Positions 48,938 through 60,180 of a stretch of DNA of 64,000 nt are shown one piece after another (position 1 is the first letter of the stretch; every line of letters begins with the position of its first letter). The position numbers and the translations under genes were made by a program. Source of the stretch: Neodothiora populina (Eukaryota); assembly GCF_041146345.1 (NCBI RefSeq), contig NW_027191406.1:1302001-1366000 (forward strand). Direction: 5' to 3'. Below the pieces are notes generated by a model. The model was not told the DNA's origin. It did not search any database and saw nothing but the letters and a program-made list of their open reading frames with translations.

Positions 48938-49872
48938 GATGCTCTCGCTCGCTGCTCATAAGGGTGTCACATCTTCATTCCCTATTACTTCATATTTTCA
49001 TGTCTGTTTTTCTGTTCGATTCTATGCTTTCTTCTCTGTCTGCTTGAACTATACCCCAATTATGCCAGGTTCTGTTTCCTTTTTTTTTATGTAGTACTTA
49101 TGTTCGAAGATGGAATAGATACACTACTGTACAGACATGTACCCAAAGAGTGTCTCTGAACTTCGAATGAAGCGCGCAAAAGATGAGACGTATCAGTAAA
49201 CGTGAGATCAATCTGCCATTCTCTATGGGCCCTCTGCTTATCACCTTTTCGGCTAAGACCTGGTTGTGTGTGTAATCGAGAAGGTCTGCGTCGAATGTCT
49301 CCCTGGGGCTATAGGTATGTGGTGCAACGAGAGCTGGTGATGAATCACTGCTTATGCGTTCTTACTTACATACTCTCCTGTCACAGACTTGTCCTATCCC
49401 ACTTCCATCTAGCTGGCGCACAATCCAAAGGGGAGTGAGCTGAGCGTGAACAGAAAAGAAAAGAAAAGAAAAGATTTTTTTTGGTGTGGATTCTTCATTC
49501 TAGCTAAGGTGAGTGGTTTGCCTTTTGCTGACGACCCTCATGCTGGACCTGGTATGTGCTCTCCTCTGTTCGGCTTTTGGTTCTGTTTTCGTTCTGGTTT
49601 CGTTCCGTCCGTTGTCAGGTCGAGCTCCGTGACCTTCACTCTGTCCGCTGCTAAGATCGACCTCCATCCACTCCGTGCTTCACTCTATCCGCTCTTCGAT
49701 CGACCTAGGCAAAGAAAAGAAAAAGACGAGGAAACGACGGAGGGAACATCGAATGTCGAAACACATACTACCCTCGCCCGCCCGTGTGGAGGTCCTCGCC
49801 TCAGATCACCACCCCCTCCCCACACGAAACGCCTACGATCCCTTCACAAATCAATCGCTCTGCCTAGCTAGA

Positions 49873-52271
49873 TCAACCCACGTGAACGATGCTCAGACCA
49901 CTCAGGACGTCTTCGATGCCGCTTTTCTTCTTGCTGGCATCAGCGATATTAGTAGCACCACCACCATTAGCAGCCCCAGAAGCACCAGTCGTAGAAGCAC
50001 CAGGAGTGGAAACAGAAGAAGTTCCAGTAACGATCTCCAGCCCCGCCTCTCCACGTCCCGCAGCCGCGATCCACATGTCCAACGTATCCTCCGCATACAC
50101 TCTGGTGTGCACTAGAGGCAGTTTACCTGCTTTTCCCAGAACCATGTGCATCCTCTGGCTTGTCCTCGGGGGTTTGGTACGCGATGAAGCAGGATCAGAA
50201 GGCGAGAAAATGGGCGAATGAGCAGAGTCTGGGCTTTGAGTCGTGGTGATACTCGTAATGGACTGGGTTGGGAACACGAGGTGGAAAAAGGGGCGATTGT
50301 GGGCGCGGACCTTCTGGCGGTTGTATTCACTTCGATTTGCAAGTGAAGAGGTTGCAAGCGATACGGGGGCAGTGGAGCCGACTTCGTCGCCGACGCGGTC
50401 AACGATCTCGAGCAGGATCCAGTCGCGCTGGAAAGACCTCTCGTCGCGCAGGTCATGTTGTCCTTGCATGTGAGACCTCACTTCCCGTGACCGATCCCCG
50501 CCGAAGCTGTTGTTGATAGGTGGCAGCACGAAGCGTATCATACGCAGACGAGCGAGTGGCTCGGCAGGGACGGATATGATGCGCTCGTAGCCGCTGTTGC
50601 TGGCGTCGAGCGCTTTCAGGTCATTGGGCACTTTTATGAAGAAGTGGAGATTTTGTACGTCGACTTCTGCGGTTAGTGTGTTGCGTTTTGCGAAGTGTGA
50701 TGATATGTTTGTGGACAGGTCGGGCTTGTAGTAGGGGAGATGGGATGTACGAAGTGGCGAATCGGGCCATTCTTCTTCCGAGTCGTCTTCTGAGGCATCG
50801 GCTGCTGGACTGGATGAGTGGTGGTAGCGGTCCTCATCCATGTCAACATCGCTAACGCCACTCTCATCGTCCGAAGAACTTTCATGATTGTCAGCAAGTC
50901 CGTGGTTAGTTGCGCCTTGGTACTCCAGAGCCATTTTGAGTTGACACAAATGAGGACGGTTTTCGTTACAGCCGTGACACCACAGAGACTTGCTCGGATT
51001 TTTAGGACATCTGGGTTTCATCGTGGTTGAGATGTTGCTGGAGTTGCTGGAGTTGCGGTTATGCTGTTGCTGTGCTCGTCTCCGATGACGTTGTCGATGA
51101 TCGGCGATGGGTTCAATGTCTTGGTGCTTCATGCCGAACGACATATCGAGCGGTGCGTTCGATTCGTATTGTTGGGATGATAGGGTCGCGGCAAGCTCTC
51201 CGGCCTCAATTCGCAACTGTCTCGGTGGAGGTTCGAAGGGTGCAGGTAGGAAGATGCTAGCGTCTGCAAGGAGAACGGCAATTTTATCAATGGCATTGTG
51301 CGAGGGTGCGCGAGCGAATGGATATGGTGGAGCAGGAGACCATGACCGACGACTCGAAGCATCCATCACCGGAGAGGGACGGGCGGAAAGCTTCCCAGAC
51401 GAGCTGCCGTATGGCATGTAGCCTGACCCGGTAGCTGGAAGTCTGCCACGGTGCATATTTCCAGCATTTGACCGAGGAGCAGTCGGAAGTGCAAACTGGA
51501 GAGATCTCGCTACTTCTGGTTTCAGGAATGCCGTACCCGAGGTTCCTAGGTGAGAGTGGCTATTCCTAGTCACCACCCCTGCTATACATGGTCAGTCAGC
51601 TGCTCATCAAAAAGGCTATGCAGGGATTCATTACATTCTTGACCACGTACAGGGCTGGCGGGGTTGACGACTACCTTCGGAGCCTTCAAAGGAAGTCTCC
51701 TGTTCGAAGCGTCGTCCTCATCGTGAGAGAGAAGAATTTGTCTTTTTCTCTTATGCGATGGAACAATCGTCTCGTTTCGTTTGAGGACCTGGTCGAACCC
51801 TGCATGTGCTGAACCCTCTGCGCTTGCATAGCACATCCCCTTTTGGTTGCTATCTCGTGAGGAGAGAACCGAGCGTAAGTGAGAAGGTAGAGCAGATGCT
51901 GGTGGTCGTACAGCAAGATCATGAGAATGGCCAAAGCGATCTGGCTCAGAGATTGCCAGAGGCGCCAGACTAAACTGCTCCATGGAAGGAACCATCTCCT
52001 CATCTCCGTAGATATGAGACATGCTTCTCCGCTGAGGCGCAGCATCAGGACGACTGATCTCTTCATGACTTCGCTCCTGCCACACCAACAAGAGCTCATC
52101 ACACACCTGATCCGGCCCAGGAAAGTCCCAAGGAACAGCCTTTGGGTAGAACACTCGGTACTCGTCTACTTCCATCATGATCTGCAGTTGCAAGGATGCT
52201 GACTGCACGGCAGACAAGTTCTCGTCCATGATGCGGGCGCATCGCGCTGACTCGGCTTTGCTTGTCTTCAT
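49873..52271 (-). CDS. Hypothetical protein, two exons
   Basis: ORFs 51582-52271 and 49873-51576 can be joined in frame by a ~53-nt intron 51634-51582 (GTAATG..CTGAC..TAG). No recognisable family. Confidence 0.55.
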
Positions 52272-52859
52272 CGTTGCACGCCTTAGGGCAGTGCGAGTGA
52301 GGCAACGTTGCAGTGCTGTGTTTAGTCAGTACTTGAGATCGCAGTAACAAAGACAGAGGTGATGATAAGGGTCGGCTCACTGTATAAGGTAGCTTACACT
52401 ACAGTGATAGTGTTATAGACAGATGAGCTCTGTGTCGTCAACTCAATCAACGAAGGAGGAAGCTTCGATCAGGCACCCATCATTGCTCTGGGGACGTAGT
52501 GTGGCCCTGACCAATTAGAAGAAAGGTGATTAGAGACACTTGTACAGGAGTGGAACGAAGTAGAGGCGGATGGCTGGTCAAAAGATGAGGTACACGGGAA
52601 TCAAACTGGCCCGAGCGATACACCTTCACGTGTATGCTGCTTCAACCACCCTAGCGTTGACATTTGGGTGAAGATCTCGGAGCCAATCAGAATGTCGATG
52701 ATGAGTAAACCTGAAAACAAGGGATCATTGAGGACTTGGGTGCGAGATCTGCATGTATCGAGCGCTACGTGAGCGAAAAGAGGTTCTGACTATGTGTCTG
52801 TATGGATCTACATTACCCTCTATCTCTCTTCATAATTGGCTAATTCCTCATCGCCACCT

Positions 52860-54261
52860 TTACAACACCCATGTGCGAGTGCTGTTGTAAGCAGCCGCCA
52901 AAGTCTTGTTCAGAGAAAAGTTGTACGAGGCCTGGAGGACATAAGGATCGTCGCCAGGACCAAAAATGTTCTTCTTGCTCCTCTTCCACTCAGGCTGGTT
53001 GATAGCATCAATCCAGTCCTCAACCTCCATCACTAGACATCCATACTGCTCGACAACGCGAGGACGGTTGGTGTCGTTGAAGAATCCTTGAGTGCTCTTC
53101 AACGCCATGGAGCCTGTTATCCTGTTAGTGTCTCAATGAACTCAAAAAGTAAGGGTTCAACACTGACCATTCATGTTGTTGCAGGTATATAGCTGGAACG
53201 CCTGCTGGTCCGAGTAGATATCGAGCTGAATACCACTGTAAGGACTGGCTAGGGTAGCGACTGGACCCTTTTCTCTCCAGTCGTAAGGACCATCTTGATC
53301 CCTGTTGACCATGTAGCAAGTATCGTACCCAGTGCAGTTTGTGCCACAATTGCCTTCAAGGTCGGGAGATGAAAAGTTCGCCCCGAGCTGCTTGGGAGCA
53401 GACCAGAAGTCGTTGACAGAGTTCTCCTGGTTAGGTAGGATGATTCCATCAGGGATGAGGATACCATCAGTAGAAACCCGCTGGCCAGAGTAAGGCAGGT
53501 GGAATGTGTGGTTGAGTGCAGACGGTGTGTCTGGGTTCTGGAAGCCGTCCAGATTCCAGTATGTATGCGAACTGAGCATGATCGGGGTCTTCTTGGTGAG
53601 TGACAGTGCTGTCATCTTGAAGTGCCATTGATGAGGGGTCAACGTGTACGTCACGTGGGATAGTACATCTCCAGGGAATCCTTGTTCTCCATCAGGATCG
53701 AAGAGAGAAAAGGTAATGGAGTCGGTCGTGTGTGCGACAACCGTCCAATTGCGCCAATCCCTACACATGATTAGTCGAAGCTCACTTGGTACATCTACGC
53801 AGACTCACCATCCGTTGGAACCGCCATGTAGGGTATCTAAACCACCATTCTCGTTGGCGTCAACCTCGAAAGTCTCTCCATCAATGGAGAAAGTCGAGTT
53901 CTTGATGCGGTTCGCATAACGACCTTTTGGCTGTTGTTAGTCTACACAGTACACGAGAATGATCAGTGGAAGATGCAATCATACCCGGGACACCACCGAA
54001 GTGAGGGTGCTGTCTATCAATGCCGTAGTAAGAAGCATTGTCAAAACCCAGCACAATATCACGCTCAACTCCGTGCACATCAGTGATGAAGAGGTTAGAG
54101 ATACTGGCGCCATAAGGGATGAAATTTGCTCGGATGCCTTCCGAAGAGATCTCGTATTTCCCGTCAGGCGAGACGGTGCTGCCATTTCCGACGGTTCCGT
54201 TCTGCGCCAGGGCTACAATGGGCAGCAGAGCTGCTAGCACTCTGAGAGATTGAGTCAACAT
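52860..54261 (-). CDS. Secreted aldose 1-epimerase (mutarotase)
   Basis: Signal peptide; motifs RDIVLGFD, GRYANRIKN, LHGG, GFPG and SSHTYWNL. Three canonical introns (53984-53924, ~53809-53762, ~53168-53115). Confidence 0.92.
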
Positions 54262-55210
54262 GGTCAGTCGCTCGGAGGGGTCTGGCTTGGAATGTCGACG
54301 CTCACGAATGCAACTCTGAGATGATCAAGGGCAGGATAGACAGAAACATATCTCCTGGCCAAGAGTACTATATAGTACTCTTATACACCATGCAAGGTAG
54401 ACCAGAACCCCGCTTTAGCCGGGGTGTAGTCGAGAGAAAGATCGTCAGGTCCGCAAGGCACAACGTGCAATGGGGGACTGAGTTTATGACGTTACGGTTA
54501 TTATCGAAGCGAATCTACCGATAGTGCTTGAGATGTTCTCCACATCCGCACTGAACTGGTGAACGTGATGTAACAGGGCCCGGTTCCTCATTACAATGCT
54601 GCAAGGGTCACGGCAGAATTGCCCACTTTAGGTCTCGCGCTTGAGTGGCTTGTTCGAAGGAAGCGGATGAAACTTGAACGGCTGCGGTGAGATGCCTCGT
54701 AATCGCACTTGCACAGATCAAGTTGTTATTGATGTTGAATCCCGGAGGTGAACTCCACATTTCCCCCGCGAACGAGGATGCGGGGAAGGTCAGGGTAAAG
54801 GCTGGAGTGCCCTGAGGTTAGAATTATGGCAGCGATATAACAAGCTAGCTACATGATTGATTGGTGTTATTGGCCTGAACACATGATATGGCTCGCCGCT
54901 GGCACTGCAGCGAAGGGCTCTGTGCACCTGGCACTGACATTACCCTCGCCAGAGGCATACCGGTAATTGATCTTGTCAATGTCTAACAAGACTTGCCTCC
55001 GCGTTTCTTGACACTTTGTAGAGAACGGCACCCGAAGCTTAGCGCTCTACAGGCTCGTATTCCGGCTCGCAGCTGACTGTGCAGTCCGGCTAATGTTCAT
55101 AACATATTCGCGGTATATGTCTGATCCTTCGTCGATAGCGCCTCTTGCGCGCTGGTTACACTCGCTGCATCTTGCTCCAGTCTAGACCGTTCTAGCATGT
55201 ATTGCATTCC

Positions 55211-56263
55211 TCAATCAAGGTATATGTCATTCTTGAGCTTCTGTAAGTTCTGTATGAACCCGTAGCCACCCTGGCGGCCGGTGTTGGTGGAGTCCCCGTA
55301 TCTATAGTCAACTCCTGTCGAGGGTGATGCTGTCCGTCTCTTGGCCTCGGTCTTCCTAGCCAGAGCCTTTTGTTCGTCTTCAACTGGCTTCATCAAGCTG
55401 TCGACAAGCTTGAGTCTCGCCTTTTCTTCTGCAGTGCCGTTCCACACACTAGCCAATGTTCTCTGCTCTTCGATGCGCTTGATCGCCGCCTCGATGCCTT
55501 CTTCAGCAGTAGACGCATGGTGTAGCACGTCTTGAACCTCGTTTCTGAGATTCTGCGCGTATTCCTTGCCCTTCTCTTCCAGGTCGCGTGTAGCCTCAGG
55601 GCCGCCCGCTGATGGTGCAGAGACGGATATGAGTGATGAAGAGAGCTCCGAGGGTGCAATTGGCCATTTCATTGCTTCGCCGAATACTTGGATGACCGAG
55701 TCCAAGCGCGCACGAACTTTGGTCAGTGTCCGTAGTCTTTCGATGTATTCTGGCTCGGCGACTTCATTCGAGATTTTAGGGTCAGATGGCGACGGTTCGG
55801 TGTCCTCGCTGTCTGGTGATAAGGAGGCATCTTTCTCGGTGATAGCCTTCGGTGCCTGAAGTCCATTTGGTACAAAATGTGCAATGTCTTCTTGTAGACC
55901 CTCACTCAGTGCATCTGACAAGCCCAAAGTCTCGCCGCGCAGTATCTCGACCTCATATGCGAGCCTACTGCCACTCCGAAGTATCTCGTCCGTGAGTTGA
56001 TTGAGCGTGTTCGTCAAGCGCGATGTATGCGCATTGAGCTGTGACATCAAGCTCTGAGTCCGACTTGCGAGTTCTGCCAGTGAGACTCTGGACGCCTGCG
56101 CATCTCTTGATGCATCCGAGAATGAAAGCGAGGGCAAGGTGGTATTGAGATAGTCGGCGGCATCGAACTTGACGTGCAGGAACGGCTGGAGTGAAGGATC
56201 TTCGACGTGGGACGACTTTGCTTCTACTGTTGTCTCGGATCTGATTGTGCTTTGGACTGCCAT
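55211..56263 (-). CDS. Probable conserved oligomeric Golgi complex subunit (COG7-like) coiled-coil protein
   Basis: FDAADYLN N-terminal motif typical of CATCHR tethering subunits, followed by helical LTDEILRSGSRLAYEVEILRGE. Confidence 0.6.
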   Translation of the reverse strand: MAVQSTIRSETTVEAKSSHVEDPSLQPFLHVKFDAADYLNTTLPSLSFSDASRDAQASRVSLAELASRTQSLMSQLNAHTSRLTNTLNQLTDEILRSGSRLAYEVEILRGETLGLSDALSEGLQEDIAHFVPNGLQAPKAITEKDASLSPDSEDTEPSPSDPKISNEVAEPEYIERLRTLTKVRARLDSVIQVFGEAMKWPIAPSELSSSLISVSAPSAGGPEATRDLEEKGKEYAQNLRNEVQDVLHHASTAEEGIEAAIKRIEEQRTLASVWNGTAEEKARLKLVDSLMKPVEDEQKALARKTEAKRRTASPSTGVDYRYGDSTNTGRQGGYGFIQNLQKLKNDIYLD

Positions 56264-57136
56264 TTGGCTCTGGAGTGTTGCGCTGTCACAGCTTGTATCG
56301 TGCATATATATTGGGATTATATAAACTCAATGGTTGTACTTACATACATCAACAGAGGCTCAAGCTCCCTCGCCAAGAACTCGGGCAAAAGGACAGGGAC
56401 CCTGTCCGGTGCATCGCGAGCCATCGCTCAGCAGACATCTACCTATTCTTCATCCATGGTGTTGATGCAATCGTGATAAATTTTGTGAGAAACATCGTAA
56501 GGATGAGGCACCGTCATTCAGTAGTCTGTATCTTACTTAGTTCATGCAAGTATGTGCGGTGTGGTATGGAATTGTCTGGTCGGAACCTCGTCTATTTCAA
56601 GGGAGGCTAGAGAGCATGTTCTTATCGTAGAGTTAGATTTGTGATATCTCAATTGCTCGACATCAACTGATGCGAGAGGATAAAATCAGATGATGGATAC
56701 CTTGATAAACATACTTGTATTCATGGGGTATCATTAATTTTTGCATGTGAAGGGCGCTGCCGCCACGTTTATCATGTACCACGCCTTACCTGCCTCTAAT
56801 GTCCTCTAGACGAAGGACTCTCGGTGTCAATCCTTGTTCTGCGTCAGTCTTAGATCTCTGGTATGACGAACCGGAGATGTCGTTTCGCCCTTGACGAGGT
56901 GTGGCGTCTGTCGTGTGACACTTTAAGTACCCGACCTTGCTTGGGCTCGTCTGGTAGGCGCTCTCCAGGACTGTAGTCATGGTGTGCCGAGATCCATAAA
57001 CCAGGTACTTCTCTGTATGATGCTTCGTCCTCGCCTGACTGAGCAATGCATGCCATATGACTGTGCACCGACACATGGGTCCCTCGGCAACCAAGTGGTG
57101 CTTTTTCTCTTCTCCCTCGGTCCTTCTGCACTGTCT

Positions 57137-57774
57137 TCACACGCCCAAGACCTCAACAACACCCCGGTCAACATTCTCCTCAGCGCCCTCCTTGATTCCC
57201 AAAATCTCGACCACAGCGTCCCTGATGAAATTCTGCTGCTCAAGCGTAAAGCGCGCATCGACATCTTCGATCATGGCAGCCAATTGTTTCCTGCGATAGG
57301 GGCGCATGTTTGCGAGGACGAGGTACTCGGTTTTGGTCAGGGAGACGTGAGGCGACAGCGTTTGAATGAGTTTTGTGAGATAGAGAGAGGATGAGTCGTA
57401 GGCGGGGTTGTTGACGAATGGCCGGTCTGGGTGGAGGAGGTGTTCTTCGTGCTTTTTTTCTTCGGTCAGTTTCTTCTTCCTTTCTGCACTCGGAATCGAC
57501 AGCAGGAGGAAGAGGAGAGAGATTCTCACCTTCTTCAATGCCTTGGCATAATTGCTGGGCCTGTTGTTCCGTCGTCCGTCTGTTTTCGCGGCCGCGTCTT
57601 CTTCCTTGTGCTGTAGCTGCTTCTCGCGTATGAACTTCAACACGTCAAAGTCATCGAGGACCTGGGTTCCTGCGTCTAGGACCTGGTTTTTGCATCAGTT
57701 TTGTGGATTCATGGGTAGACGCTGGGAATCCTCCATTTTTATGTTTATCAGGTGAAAATGTCACTTACTTGCAT
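57137..57774 (-). CDS. RPC17: RNA polymerase III subunit C17 (RPC9/Rpc17, Rpb4 family)
   Basis: MQ|VLDAGTQVLDDFDVLKFI via intron 57768-57683; intron 57529-57452; HRDC-like LTKTEYLVLANMRP..LAAMIEDVDARF. Confidence 0.8.
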
Positions 57775-58098
57775 GGCTGGGTAACGTGTTTAGCTGAAAC
57801 TATTCGTGATTGGGATATCACAGTATGAGAGTCTTTTCATTAAGAAATGTAGGAATTGTAAGGCAATTAAGACCAAGGAAATAGATGCAAGAGTTTCACA
57901 TGCAAAACGCGGGGACAACGGAAAGTCGAGAGGTGAAAGGTGCAAGTGCAAGCACAAGTGAAAGCTGAAGATTGAGAGCGGAACGGTCTGCGCTATAATT
58001 CCAGGCCAGGTGTGGTACCTGAGACGACTTGCGCATAGCAGCATACAACGAACATTATTCAAGTCAAAAGTTGAGTTGGGCTCTTTGGGAGGACATGC

Positions 58099-59622
58099 TC
58101 AGATAACATCGAGTCTATCTCCGAGGCTTGCAAGCCCATACCTCAGGAACTCATCCCTCCTTACTTCAAGCATGCCCTCGACCTTCAAGTGGGCAGCCAT
58201 ACTCACCCCCGCCCAGACTCCGAGCGTCTCGACTCCTCTGACTACGCCTTGCGTCACTTCCCCCCTTTTCGCAGCCTCTCTCGCTAGCTTCTCTGATATG
58301 TCATCCTTCTCATGCACGTCTCTGAACGGTGTTTGTGCCGATGGATCGAGCGGGGCGTTTCTCTCTGTCGCCGTTGTCCTTGTAGGCAAAGTCATGCCTT
58401 CACCCTGGGCTGCCTGTCCATTGGCCTTTCTGGCAGAACCATAATTCATGACTGGATCCCATTTCCCGTCCTTGACCAGCTTTTCGATCTCCCGTAGTAA
58501 CCTAGGCTTCAGTCCAGGTATGTTGCTGACACCACCAGTGATGACGATTCGCGACATACAGATGGATCTGACATCCAATGGCAGCGCAAGCAAGCATCGA
58601 TACGCCAGATGATGCAAGGCCAAGTCGTGATCGTCTGTGTGTTCTAGTGGAGATTCCATCTCGAAGCATGTTCGCTCGACCGGCTCGGCGAGTGAGCCAA
58701 AGGGTACTCTGAGTGTTGTGGAAAGGCCCGAGGCGGTCCTGATGGGTAGAGACATGGATGTCGTGTCGAAGTCGGGATCTTCGGAGTCGTCTGACATTTT
58801 ACACCACGCCATCCTCTCCATGATGTCTTCTGCCGTATCGAAAGTCATTTCTTCTCTTGCGCCGACCGGGCCGGTGTGTTCTTGTAGCATCTGCGCCACG
58901 GACTGTACCAGATGTTTGGCCGCGCGGACGCTTCTCCTGTGCAAGACTTGGCGATACTCGTAGACGGCGCTCACAGAGACTTCCTCCCAGCCGATATCAA
59001 TGACCAGCGAAGATCTCAGACCGGCGGCGATGGTAGCCAGGAGGGGATTGGGCCAGATGGAGACGCTGCTCGGGGTAGCAGAAGAAAAGATGGCCTTGAG
59101 GACAATATAAAGCAGCGGATCTGACATTCCATTGGGCAGGGCCAGCATGGCTCTCCGCGACCGCTGATCCAGCAGCAGGTACTTGGTGAGAGCAGTCCTA
59201 ACAGCGCGCTCGACCTTGTCTCCGACCAATCCGAGGTCGGTGTTTCGCGTGTCCAATCCCCACAGCTCCCATTCCTTGCCCCAGGGCCCTCTGTTTCTAG
59301 ACGCCGTTCTCCTTGTGTTGGGATCCCATCTTCTGAAGTCGTCGACACGCCGACTGTCTCCGGGGCCAAACGTCTGAACTGCTCTGGGCGTGGGTTCGCC
59401 AGGGAAGCCGACTTGGATGGAACGAGCACCGATGGCATAGATGATGCTCTCTTCATCCCCTCTGTAGGCGCCCGGAGAAGCGTACTGAGACGAGAGCGTG
59501 CGACCGAAGGTCGGGGTGCGTGGGGACAGTGACGATCTGTCGCTCCTCTCGTTGGGGGTCAGCCCTCCCGTTCTCGTGCGGTGGTAGGCTGGCTTCCGCG
59601 CGAAGTAGTCGGGTGTACTCAT
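58099..59622 (-). CDS. Actin-related protein Arp10/Ro7-like (dynactin)
   Basis: Divergent actin-fold motifs VGFPGEPTPR, LVIDIGWEE, LPLDVRSICMSRIVITGGVSNIPGLK and GVWAGVS. Confidence 0.8.
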   Translation of the reverse strand: MSTPDYFARKPAYHRTRTGGLTPNERSDRSSLSPRTPTFGRTLSSQYASPGAYRGDEESIIYAIGARSIQVGFPGEPTPRAVQTFGPGDSRRVDDFRRWDPNTRRTASRNRGPWGKEWELWGLDTRNTDLGLVGDKVERAVRTALTKYLLLDQRSRRAMLALPNGMSDPLLYIVLKAIFSSATPSSVSIWPNPLLATIAAGLRSSLVIDIGWEEVSVSAVYEYRQVLHRRSVRAAKHLVQSVAQMLQEHTGPVGAREEMTFDTAEDIMERMAWCKMSDDSEDPDFDTTSMSLPIRTASGLSTTLRVPFGSLAEPVERTCFEMESPLEHTDDHDLALHHLAYRCLLALPLDVRSICMSRIVITGGVSNIPGLKPRLLREIEKLVKDGKWDPVMNYGSARKANGQAAQGEGMTLPTRTTATERNAPLDPSAQTPFRDVHEKDDISEKLAREAAKRGEVTQGVVRGVETLGVWAGVSMAAHLKVEGMLEVRRDEFLRYGLASLGDRLDVI

Positions 59623-60180
59623 CCTGAGGGAAATCGAGCGAGGCAATGCCTCCTCCTTGCTATGGTTGATCGATCAAGGCATGCTTTGTTGCGGGGAGCT
59701 TTCCAGTCCGGAGGGTGTGTCTTTGGCCGCAACGCAAACACACGCTCCAGCTCCAAGCATTCGGGATGTCCGCCAAGACTTCTGAGCGGAATAGTGAAGC
59801 TCTGACCACGTCCGTGATGCACTTTTTTCGGCGTGCAGGAGCAGATGAGAAAGGAAAAAGGGCCAGGAGGCAGAGCAAAAAAGACGCCAAGACCCCGACG
59901 GGAAATGTTCGGCAGCTTTTTGGAAAACTTCGAGATTTTGCTGCGGAGCCAGAGAGAAAGAAAGCGGCAGCTCTTCGACGTTCGATATTTGATCTTCTGA
60001 ATTTCCGATTTTTGAATTTCTGCTGCGGAGATCTGGAAAAACCGACAACAACCAGAAAACAAAAGTCGCGAGGGATTGTCCGTTGTCGCTCTAACTACTT
60101 CCGCTTCTACTCCAGCAGCTCTGCGACTGCTGCTCTAAAGCCGACGACACACACGACAGACAGACGACGACGACGACGAA

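Noticed and set aside
51576..51584. Apparent stop-codon readthrough between two adjacent minus-strand ORFs
   Set aside because: The ORFs are in different frames and the TAG is an intron acceptor preceded by a CTGAC branch site.
52860..54261. Possible nested (stwintron-type) introns in the aldose epimerase gene
   Set aside because: All three introns splice as simple canonical GT-AG units that restore conserved motifs.
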